From Epithemia pelagica (lineage: Eukaryota; Protista; Bacillariophyta), in NCBI GenBank assembly GCA_946965045.2, contig OX337233.1:62001-126000 (forward strand): a DNA stretch of 64,000 nucleotides, in the 5' to 3' direction. Made by a program: the position numbers and the translations under genes. Positions 1-10,073 of the stretch are shown in pieces; positions within the stretch are counted from its first letter, which is position 1; each line of letters opens with the position of its first letter. The notes under the pieces were generated by a model. It was not told where the DNA came from, ran no database searches, and worked only from the letters and a program-made list of their open reading frames with translations.

Positions 1-1418
1 CCGATTCCCGAGAAGTGATCCACGAAAACAGTTGCAACGCGATATCGTTCTCGCGTCGGAGTACCGCGCATGTGTGCGATATAGCCAGGCGTATTCGAGA
101 TGAGCTGGTCCACTGACACGCATTGACCGGGGCGCGTCATTGTATCTAAAGTTCCATGCGATCCCTTGACTCGCCATGGTTTCTTCGTCGCTTTGCCGTA
201 CAGGCATGCGGTGCATGCTGGAACTGCACACGATCCCAGTCGCCTTGGTAATGCTCCTTGGTGTGCCATGGTTTGGATCTTTGCCATTGATAAATGTCCG
301 AGTCGATGGTGAATGCGAAGGAGTTCAGCTGTTGGACTTTCATGCGGCACTTCTTCTTCGTTTGGTATCACATGCACCACTTTTTCCGTATCGAATAAAA
401 AATCTGTCGTCAATGGCGTGTCTCGATGCGGAAAGTATTGCTCGTTGTGTTCGTCATCCATGTCCGTCCGGTCCTCGAGACTCCCTTCGTCGTCACTTGT
501 TCTTGGTACGTTGTCTTCCTGTGTGGCGTCGTCATCGTCTTCGATCACATTTGCCTCACTAACAATCGGTGGATTGTTGTCATCTTCACAGATTTTACAA
601 CAAAAGCTTTGGTAGTGGGTCATTCCGGTGGCCGTGGAGAACTCTCCCACATTGGTGCCTCGCCGATTCAACGGAATCGTTCGTTTGCTCGTTCCTTGGT
701 TCCATTCCAAGGTAATTGTGTTGTCAGTGGTGATGCATCGGGTGCCATGCGGCTTCGGTCGGTGATCTCGTGCCACTTGTGCCCAGTGTTGCGGGGAAAG
801 GAGTCGATGTGACGTGGATGGAATGTAGAAGGACCCGGGGAGCACAATGCGGTATACTTGCCCATCGTCGTCTTCAATGTCCCATTTGATCGTCGTGGAG
901 TACACCTCGGTCTTGTATAATCCAGCAATTCCCTTTATTTTGCGTTGAATTGGTGTTGGAGATGTCAGGCAATCGGTGATATCGTGGGTGATTGATGCTG
1001 TGGCACAGTTGTCGATGAAGAGAGGTTTGCTGTCCGAGTCAAATCGGACCGAATGCGCCTTGACCAGTTTGCTTGCCACCGGAGCTGCGAGTATCGTGGT
1101 CATGCACAGTCCTTTCATGAGGCTCGAGTTCCACTGTTTTCGTCGTCTCCTGGTTGCTGGCGATCTTGGCCTTGGTCTATATCTGGGTGGTGGAATGGCT
1201 GCATCAAGTATTGCCAGGCTGTTGGCCATCATGGTCGCTATCGTGGTCCATAAATAGTCGATCCATCTTGCATTCGTGGCTGGAGCAGTAGTAGTTGGAG
1301 CTTCATCATCATAACCTACTAGGACATACAAGTAAAGAGTTGTAGTCGCTAGTAAGATATAGATGAGCTGTTCGAAAGTCTTGGTGAACAGCCCGAGGAG
1401 TGACCTCGGGTCTGGTTG
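1..1418 (-). CDS. pol: Copia A pol, partial (protease, integrase N-terminus); in frame with gag after a single TGA
   Basis: Manual translation from 1418 is open to the window edge (QPDPRSLLGLF...FDSDSKPLFIDNCATASITHD...IHHRLGHLS...ACTAC...VSVDQL...VFVDHFSG). It is absent from the ORF track because it has no stop inside the window. Confidence 0.9.
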
Positions 1419-1421
1419 TCA
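1392..1421 (-). other. Putative stop-codon readthrough signal of Copia A: TGA CAA CCA GA followed by hairpin CCCGAGG-TCACT-CCTCGGG
   Basis: Sequence seen directly; matches the CARYYA readthrough context; structure conserved in Copia B. Confidence 0.7.
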
Positions 1422-2678
1422 TTCTTCATCCGAGGACTCTTCTTGGGCAGGGAGATCAGCCAAGGCATTTGCCAAACGGAGTGCCGGGGTGGTTCCTTCT
1501 TTTCCAGTATCCGGGTGCGCTGCGTCGTATGCTTTCTTCTTGTCTCCAGTCAATCCGCGTCCGTTGCAAGTGGCTGAGGTATGGTTCTTGTTGAGAGACC
1601 ATTTCTCGTGCCACTTGCACCAATAGTAGGTCTTGCCGTTCACTTCTTTCACTTCTGGACCTCCCTCAGGCGGACCAGTGGTTTGCCAAGCTTCTTTGAG
1701 TCCCTCTTTGTCCTTAGTCTGTTTAGCCTTGCCGGTCTTGTTGTTGCTACCAGTGCTACCTTCATTGCTTTGTGCAGAACGTCCCTTCGCCATGCGTTTC
1801 ACCTGGGCCTCAAGGGCAATAATCTTCTGGTCACGCTCCGATAGGGACTGCCATTTCTTGGCTTCCACTAGTGCCTGGTACTTAAGCCGTGCCCAGTCCA
1901 TGAGTTGCGTGGGAGTTAGGTTCGGCGAATCTCCTTCTTCGTATGCGTTCTTGCGACGCCTAATCATTTCCAGAAAGTTCTCGTCGTTCACCGTTTCATA
2001 TGCCTTGAATAGGTTCGGGAGGAGGTCGAGGGTCCGTTCCCCACGTGCACTTAGGCCCTGCAATGTTTCTTTCACGTACGAGTTGAACTTGATAATGTCT
2101 CCGTTGAAGTCTGCGATATGGATGTGAAGGTCCGACAGACGCTGGCGTAGCACCATTACGGTCGCTTCGGTATCCACATAAGCCAAGGAAATGATGACCT
2201 TGAGGAGCAACGGCCCGACACCCTTGTTATCCACTATGAATTCGTCGCGTCGGAGATTGACTTGTGCCCTCGCTTCTTCGTTTAACGATGCCATGAGACA
2301 CATGTAGGACATGTAGGAGTTCTGTGTGATGCGATTCTGTCCGAGGAAGCTGTCCACGTAGTCGCGCACTTGTCGAAGGGAAACTCGTCCGTAGGCTTGA
2401 GTAAGGAGATGAGTAGGAGCAGCTGGAGGAGCTGGTCCTGCTGCAGGAGGGACCACGATATGTTCCGGAATGGAGAATGTGCTAGTCCAAGATTGCTCGA
2501 CGATGCGATCTTGAAACGAATCGAGGAAAAGCTTGAGTCCCTCCGCATGGAGATCGTAGAGATCTCCGCCCTCAAAAAGTCCTGTCGTCGCTTGCTTGTA
2601 TAACTTCGAGCCTGCCGCGGTCGTAAAGTTGATTACGTTGTTCGCGTTGGCGTTGGCGGGAGAGATTGCAAAAGCCAT
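1419..2678 (-). CDS. gag: Copia A Gag, 419 aa
   Basis: ORF track; strongly similar to Copia B Gag; C-terminal Cys/His knuckle YYWCKWHEKWSLNKNHTSATC. Confidence 0.92.
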   Translation of the reverse strand: MAFAISPANANANNVINFTTAAGSKLYKQATTGLFEGGDLYDLHAEGLKLFLDSFQDRIVEQSWTSTFSIPEHIVVPPAAGPAPPAAPTHLLTQAYGRVSLRQVRDYVDSFLGQNRITQNSYMSYMCLMASLNEEARAQVNLRRDEFIVDNKGVGPLLLKVIISLAYVDTEATVMVLRQRLSDLHIHIADFNGDIIKFNSYVKETLQGLSARGERTLDLLPNLFKAYETVNDENFLEMIRRRKNAYEEGDSPNLTPTQLMDWARLKYQALVEAKKWQSLSERDQKIIALEAQVKRMAKGRSAQSNEGSTGSNNKTGKAKQTKDKEGLKEAWQTTGPPEGGPEVKEVNGKTYYWCKWHEKWSLNKNHTSATCNGRGLTGDKKKAYDAAHPDTGKEGTTPALRLANALADLPAQEESSDEE

Positions 2679-2705
2679 GGTCGACGATCAGAGATGCTGT
2701 TTACA

Positions 2706-2719
2706 GCGCAGAGGAAGCG
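2706..2719 (-). other. Primer-binding site of Copia A, complementary to the D-arm of initiator tRNA-Met
   Basis: Plus strand GCGCAGAGGAAGCG abuts the LTR, is identical in Copia B, and matches eukaryotic tRNAi-Met nt ~10-23 (GCGCAG[C/U]GGAAGCG) except at the variable D-loop base. Confidence 0.7.
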
Positions 2720-3166
2720 TGTTGTTTTTCACTACTGTCGAGTAACGAAAAAGAGCTCTTTTGCAAAATTGTGTGTTTCTAGATTATCGTGTGCAAGCTA
2801 TGAATCGCTCCTGCTCATGCGTTGAGCGTTGACTCGTAGATTGGTGCGTTGATCGACCAAATTGGCGGTCCCAATTGTTTATGGACGACCTTACTGAGAT
2901 TCGTGGCTCCCTAAGTGGCGTCCGCTTACTTAGGAGCCAGTACCGTTATTTCTCTGGCCATGGGAGTCGTTGTTTAGAGCGGCATGAGTGTTACATAGCC
3001 GTCGTCCAAATCCCATGTTGAGCTGCGTCGTTCGTCGTTGTTGATTTGTGATTTGTGAGAGGCGGCGGTTCAATGATGCGTTGGGCGTGTTGTGTCATGG
3101 GAATTCTGTCTCTGTCCCCCATTGTCCCCCACGTGTAGTTATGCCCTTGCGTACAGTATTTGAACA
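2720..3166 (-). repeat. 5' LTR of Copia A (~447 bp)
   Basis: Plus strand starts TGTTGTTTT and ends GTACAGTATTTGAACA, homologous to the Copia B LTR ends; Kelch coding sequence resumes at 3167. Confidence 0.88.
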
Positions 3167-3770
3167 TCCTCACGGTGATTTCCGAATGGTGGGAGATTCC
3201 ACACGCGGTTGTGGTGTGTATCGAAGACTTCCACACGTAAATTGCCTCGTCCTCCCACCACCACCAGACAAGATCCCACGGTAACCACTGCACAAGAACT
3301 TCGTCCATTTGAAAGCATCAATTCCGAATGGGTGGTCCAGGTGGGTGAGAAAGAAATGAACGTCGAGCCAGTTTCCTTTTCTGTCTCATCACTGTCACAG
3401 GGTGTTGTCCCGTCCAAATACTCCACCGAGTCAACATAGCCATGTTCATTACGGCCTCCAACGACAAAGATGCGGCAACCAATGACCGCATTGGCACATA
3501 ATAATCGAGGAACAGCCATGGATGGTCCAGCAGTGACAGTGTGGTTGCTGGTATCAATAATATCCACTGACGACAAATAACGATCGTTGTAATAGCCACC
3601 CATTACAACGATGAATCGGTTGTTAACCGCGGCAGCACAACATCCTGATCGTCCCATTGGTAAGCGACATGTCAATGTTGTCCAATGACTATCCTGAGTG
3701 GTGGTGGTTGTTAAGGATGATCGAAGCAAATCATTGGAATCAATTTGTTCGATATGATCAAAACTTGAAC
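3167..3770 (-). pseudogene. Kelch copy K1; 5' third deleted and 3' end interrupted by Copia A
   Basis: Blades 3-5 and the start of blade 6 are recognisable (WTTLTCRLPMGRSGCC...VVMGGY...FVVGGR). Reading passes into the LTR at 3166 and into spacer DNA at ~3770. Confidence 0.9.
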
Positions 3771-4380
3771 GTGTACGAAGATTATCCTGTGATTTCTCTT
3801 GACTTTGGTCGGACACATGGCAAATCCCGACGTCCTTTTACAGTCCAGGCAAATACGGGGATAATCGTCGCTCCGTCAGAGAATAGAACAAATTCCATTC
3901 CTATAGTCACAGAGATTAGTTTGTGACTCTGATCGAAGTTTGGAGTCCAGCCAAAAGAAGCGACCGCTTCATGTGCATAATCCGTAGGGGCTGGCAAAAC
4001 AAAGGCCACAACGACAGAAACACTCAACACAAAGCAAAGCTCTCGATAATCCATGGCTTTCGTCGTTTCGAGAAATCACGTTCCCTGACGTACGCTGTGT
4101 CACACAATCTCATTTCTACTACACCGATGGTACATGAATATCTCAATAGTTTGCAATGCCATGCAAACACTAGAGCAATAGTTTCAGAACAAAAAGATTA
4201 CACTATATAATGTATCCCCTTTTGCAGGACATCAATGCAATATGTTGCCCATTTCAAGTTTCATCCTTGCCTTTTAGTACATACTGGTCATTGTTCATTC
4301 AGATTTTGATGTCGAGGTGGAGAAGGACGAAATGTCCATTCCTTCCCGAAAAAGATGCCACCCGCTAAGTTGCTGCTCAC
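3771..4380. repeat. Segmental duplicate of 30353-30962 (spacer plus Kelch 3' end)
   Basis: Constant offset 26582; only a handful of mismatches over ~500 bp; K2 and K9 stop codons coincide (4295 and 30877). Confidence 0.9.
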
Positions 4381-5425
4381 AGAGGCGGTAAAAACACCAC
4401 GAATTCCTATCCATTAGTGGTAATGTTGCACAGGAGGGATTGTGCCATCCACCAATCACGGCAACTTGATTGGCAACAGTCACTAGACTGCAGCCATCGC
4501 GATCATTTCTCAAGAGCGGGAGATTCCACACGCGGTTGCGGTGCGTATCCAATACTTCCACAGTTGGAGTGTCTCCTCCCGCCACCAGACAAGATCCCAC
4601 GGCAACCGCTGCACAAGAACTTTGTGCATTGGAAAGCCTTAGCTCTGAATGACTGGTCCAGGTGGGTGAGAAGGAAATGACCGTAGACAAAGTGTCATCT
4701 TTTCTCTCCTCAGTGTCGCGAGACTTCGCAAATTTCAAGTACTCCACCGAGTCAAGATTGCGATAATCGTTATTACCTCCAACGACAAAGATGCGGTGGC
4801 CAATGACCGCACTGGCACAACATCGTCGTGGAACAGTCATGGATGGTCCATCAGTGACAATGTGACTGTTGGTATCAATAATTTCCACCGACGACAAATA
4901 ATTTCCGCAATAGCCACCCATTACGACGATGTATCGGTTGTGAACCACAACAGCACAACATCCCCATCGTTCCGTTGATAATCGACATGTTAATGTCGTC
5001 CAGTTAGTCGCATGTGTGTTGCTTGATATCGAAGATGATTGTAGCACATCATTGACATCGATTCGTTCAATAGAATCCAATGGCCCTTGATTGTATCCTC
5101 CCATCACATAGACGGCTCCGTTGCACACAACAGCGGCATGTCCATAACGTTTCTTGTTCATGGGTGGTCCTTCTCGCCACTGCTTGTTTGATTCTGCCAG
5201 ATTCAATAGCTGAACGGAATTGACAACGCCTTGAAATGTTCGATATCCTCCCAACACGACAACGGTTTGTTCCTGGTTGTTATCGGTATGATTTAATACG
5301 ACCGAAGTATGACGATAACGCCATCCACCCTCAAGAGGCGGCCAGTCCTCGAAATTCCATTCAGGTGTCTCGTCTAACAGGACAAGGCCCGTATGCCATG
5401 CTTGCTTTTGCAGTGTCGTTGTCAT
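4295..5425 (-). CDS. Kelch-repeat beta-propeller protein K2 (six blades, no BTB or F-box seen)
   Basis: Six Kelch motifs (R-x-x-H/C...VVxGG...W). First ATG at 5425 (the ORF track starts at GTG 5431). Confidence 0.9.
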   Translation of the reverse strand: MTTTLQKQAWHTGLVLLDETPEWNFEDWPPLEGGWRYRHTSVVLNHTDNNQEQTVVVLGGYRTFQGVVNSVQLLNLAESNKQWREGPPMNKKRYGHAAVVCNGAVYVMGGYNQGPLDSIERIDVNDVLQSSSISSNTHATNWTTLTCRLSTERWGCCAVVVHNRYIVVMGGYCGNYLSSVEIIDTNSHIVTDGPSMTVPRRCCASAVIGHRIFVVGGNNDYRNLDSVEYLKFAKSRDTEERKDDTLSTVISFSPTWTSHSELRLSNAQSSCAAVAVGSCLVAGGDTPTVEVLDTHRNRVWNLPLLRNDRDGCSLVTVANQVAVIGGWHNPSCATLPLMDRNSWCFYRLCEQQLSGWHLFREGMDISSFSTSTSKSE

Positions 5426-8326
5426 GGTCACGGCGCTTTACAGGAATGGCAGCTTCGTAATTGAGCAACGCGTGGAAGCTTTCGCAGCGAGCCTTATTTT
5501 TTGCGGGGGGTGCGGCAGGAATAAAGCTATTCCTGTCCTGCGTAGGATGGTTGAGGGCAGTCTATCGCACATAGATTACATGACAAGCCCCCAAAAGTAT
5601 CTTTTGCTGTATTAAGATACGACGACGAGGGAGAGAGAGCGACATCCCAATCTGTGATGAAGAGGTCATCGTTTGACGAAGAGGTTCACAGATTGGTAAT
5701 CCAACATACAAAATCCACAGATCCACAATCCCATTTCTGAGTCATCTCGGAACACCATTCTGCCCTTGGTCCTACAGAGTGTTCACAACGACAACAACAA
5801 CAACAGAGAGCGTGCTCTTCTCTTAATTCAATGATTTGAATGGGCATCAGCCATCGGGTATATAGTGAAGGAACCAAGGCCACAAGCACAACTACACAAC
5901 AACATGAATATGGACCAGAAGGAACATGTCATTCATCCCATTGTGGCTCGTTCCCTTGTTGCATTAGCTCACAGCAGACGCAATAAGTGCACGAACAAGA
6001 GTATATGTCAGGAGCGAGCTTGAAGAGAAGAACGGTCATCGGCAAGACCTTTGGTTCCATTGGTTGACAAACAACATGCACCCAGGGTATAGCTTTTGTC
6101 CAACAGCTTTTTCCAGCGAGCGACCCCGCATGCTCTCGACGGGGAGTGTCTTGTCTGCTTTTGACACCATGGTGGTCATTCCTGCTGTTGCCATTTTCGA
6201 GCCGCGTACGAGACTCAAGATGACCACCGTGCAACCACTTCTCAACGATCAATGGCAACAATGACCCGTTCTTTGCCAGAGGAAGCCGCCACCATTCATC
6301 AAAAGAAATGTCATGATTACATCCATCAAAATCGCTCATTACCATTACAACACGGACACAACAGGGACAACAAGGTCGATGACGCATCAACCATTCATCA
6401 TAAGACGATCGTCGTCATGACGCACGGGTCGATTTCTCATTTTTTTCTGGGGCCTAATGAACAAAATTGGCAGTCAAATTGCAGGAACTTTTTTGGCCCT
6501 TCTGGCAGGTTCCTCTGAAGGCGTGCATCGTCCTTTTGTCTTCGTCGACTAGCAAGTGAACCGAATTTGAGCTCTGGGACGTCTCCTGTTCTTCTGTGAA
6601 TGGAGCTCGAGTCTTTTGATGAAAGCCTTGTTTGTCAAAAAGGCATGGATCGGATGCCAACGTTGGGGATCCGACGAATGTGAATTGGAGGCGTTGTCTC
6701 GACACCAATGTGTGGCTGTTCCCCGTCCGTGTTACATGTGACGGCTCCACAACAAGATCCCCTTCTCGTGGCTTCTTGAGATGACGACAACAAGAAATCC
6801 TCCACCAGCATCGACCAGTTGCTGTGGCACCATTATCAATCATCACAACAGGACCCGGAAGATGTCTTGTCACAACAACCAAACGATAGTCCAGAGGTGA
6901 TGATCCGTGCTCCACTCGTACAAGACTCGGTTTCCCTACTTCCACGCTACATGACACAATCCTCTGTACTTCCATGCACAAGTCGACCTTATGTCAATTT
7001 CTAGCAAGAACCATAAGAGAAGCGGACAACAAGTTGCGCATTGTCGTGCTTATTCTCTTCCTGCTTCTCTCATCATCGGATCCGCCCGTTTGTCCTGGTG
7101 TCGGATTTATCGAACACGACTATGAACCAAGACGAAACAAGGAGCGCGACCAGATGTCGAAACTCATGGTTCGTGGCGGAAAGCAACAAGGACCCTGCAG
7201 TCACTCGATTGCACTACGATGATAACGAGGACTATACTCAACAACAACACCATAAACTGAACCACCTTAGCCCACACAAACAACAACAACAAAATCCGCC
7301 CTGCTCTTTTATCGAGAAGCGCGACAAGAAAGGAAACATGATTCCTGATCTCCCAACAGCACCACCCAAAAAACTACGACAGCAGCAACGATCGTCGCAT
7401 GCACAACTGGCATCCCGTTTTGTCCTCTTTCTCACAAGTTCCAATAGTACCGAATGAATAGTTTCGATCGATGTAACAGCAATTGGTGGACCAAATGATG
7501 ACTACGACGACCAACAGCACGATGGGGATTCCTTCTCTGTCTAATGCGATAACCACTGTGGTTCCATCCTTGTTTCCCACAAGAGTCGTTGTTCACACCT
7601 GGAGAGTCGCAACCTGAGAAAGACGCACCGAATCAGAAGTAGAACAGCAAGAACATTATCCAGGTTCATATAAAGACGAGGACCATGCCGATGCAACAAG
7701 GAATACACATGCTTCTTTGCTCAATCCAGACATGAAGTCCACCAATACCGTAACCAATTACTGCGGAGACTGGATGGTAACAGCATCCCATGCCAAGAAA
7801 TGACAGGAAGGAACACCCGTGACAATCACCGCAACCACCATGTCACGAAACAGGTATGGAACTGGCCTGTCACGACCAGGAAAACTACTCTGCACTATTC
7901 AATTGTAATGAACACAAAATGGCGAGGACAAACCGGATTGCCCTTGTCTACGAGATCGATGCGAAACTCTCCCTTCCTGGAATGTACCATAGTCGGATTT
8001 CGGTCTTTTTGCCATGTAGCTACCGATCCATGGAGAATGACTGTGTCCTGTAACAAGTGCCATGATGCCACCACAAAGCCCTAGATTCTTGTCTTACGGT
8101 CGCACAACAACGGTGGTGGCATTATACCACTTATAGAAACACAAAAATTCGGTCGTTACTTCCACGCCTTTGACAATAAACAAGCACCTCCAATCTTGCA
8201 ACATATTCTTTTTACTTTTGAATAGCCATTAACTAAGTCCTATGAAAACAATTGGACACCAGGGTGTGTATTGGGCCTTGCCCGTTATGGAGCTGATGTC
8301 GAGGTCGAGAAAGGTGAGATATTACC

Positions 8327-9436
8327 TTATTGGATACCAATACCTTCAATAGAATGATACCATCCGTTCGATTGCTGCTCACAGAGTCGTCGAAAACACC
8401 ACGAATTCCTATCCATTAGTGGCAATGTCGCACACGAAGGATTGTGCCCTCCACCAATCACAGCAATTCGATTGGCAGCAGTCACTAGACTGCAGCCCCA
8501 ACGATCTTCTTGCAGTTCAGGGAGATTCCACACACGGTTGCGGTGCGTATCCAAAACTTCCACGGTTGAATTTCTCCATCCTCCCGCCACCACCAGACAA
8601 GATCCCACGGGAACCATTGCACAAGGACTTCGTGCATTGGAAAGCCTCAACTCCGAATGAGTGGTCCAGGTGGGTGAGAAAGAAATGAATGTAGAACCAG
8701 TCTCCTTTTTTGTCTCATCATTGCCACAGGGTGTTGCGAAGTCCAAATACTCCACCGAGGCAAGATTGCCATGCTCATTAGACCCTCCAATGACAAAGAT
8801 GCGGTGACCAATGACCGCACTGGCAAACCATTGTCGTGGAACAATCATGCTTGGTCCGGCAATGACAGTGTGGCTGTTTGTATCTATAATATCCACCGAC
8901 GACAAATAACGATTATTGTAGCCACCAATTACAACGATGTATCGGTTGTGAACCGCGACAGCACAACATCCCACTCGTCCCGTTGATAATCGACATGTCA
9001 ATGTCGTCCAATGGCTCGCACGTGTGCTACTTGTTGTCAAAGATGATTGAAACAAATCATCCAAGTCAATTCGTTCCAGACAATCCAAAGATGTTGTATT
9101 GCGACCTCCCATCACGTAGACGCCACCGTTGCACGCAACAGTGGCATGTCCAGCACGTTTCTTGTTCATGGGTGGCCCTTCTCGCCACTGCTTGTTTGGG
9201 TCTGCCAGATTCAATAGCAGAACGGAATTGACATCGCCTTGGCCTTGTTGATATCCTCCCAACACGACGACCGTCTGCCCCCTGTTGTTGGTCTCGTTTT
9301 CCGTATCGAGATGATCGAGTACGACCGAACTATGACCTGCACGCCATCCACCCACAAGAGGAGGCCAGTCCTCGAAATTCCATTCAGGTGTCTCGTCTAA
9401 CAGGACAAGGCCCGACTGCCATGCTTGTTCGTTCAC
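8327..9436 (-). pseudogene. Kelch copy K3; open frame but start codon and upstream region deleted
   Basis: Frame begins GTG AAC GAA CAA GCA TGG with an in-frame TGA at 9458-9460 and no ATG before blade 2. The MTTTL start and promoter are replaced by spacer sequence homologous to ~14388 onward. Confidence 0.75.
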
Positions 9437-10073
9437 TACCGTGATTGGAGAAACGAATCAGGTACGAGTCTTCGATGACAATAATACGGACGACAGCAAG
9501 AGACCGAAACAGCCACGTGGGCGAATGAAGATTCCCGTGTGATTGCGGTCGAGTGTAGTCGGACACATGGCAAATCGCGACGCCCCTTTTACAGTCCTGG
9601 TACATGGTTGTATACCGTGGAGTTTGAAGACGGTGAGATTTGGAACAAGATTGAGCTTGGTGATCTCCGTTGCCCTCTCATATAATAGAACGAGATTTCC
9701 ATCCTCTGCAGTCATCGCATTGACTAGTTTGTGAGAAGATTGGAGTCCAGCAAAAGAAGCGGCTTTTGCCAAACCATTTCTTGCATTCGATTATTTTCCT
9801 CCACGGAAAAATACCGCAGGGACTGCTAAAGCACTCAACACAACGACAATAAAACTTAATACAAGGCAAAATTCTGCATAATGCATGGTATTGTTTTCTC
9901 GTTTCGGAACAGTCGCGGTCTACCGGATACATGATTTCGTTCATGCTATAAGGATTCACATGAGAACTCCACAGCTAACAGACAATAAGAAAACTGTTCG
10001 AGATCAAAATGATTATTCGCAAGTTTTGCCATTGTAGGACATTAACGCAACGTGATGCCCACTTCAAGATTTC

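Larger units (their letters stand above)
1..3166 (-). mobile_element. Ty1/copia LTR retrotransposon A (CoDi-like); 5' LTR, gag and 5' part of pol; runs off the window start
   Basis: Gag with C-terminal WCKWH...H...C knuckle, protease-like DNCA motif, HHRLGH...C..C integrase zinc motif; colinear with the complete element at 52987-59209; LTR ends TG...CA. Confidence 0.95.

Noticed and set aside
2706-2721. tRNA gene suggested by the tRNA-Met-like 16-mer
   Set aside because: Only the D-arm segment is present, with no acceptor stem, anticodon arm or T-arm; its position next to the LTR identifies it as a PBS.
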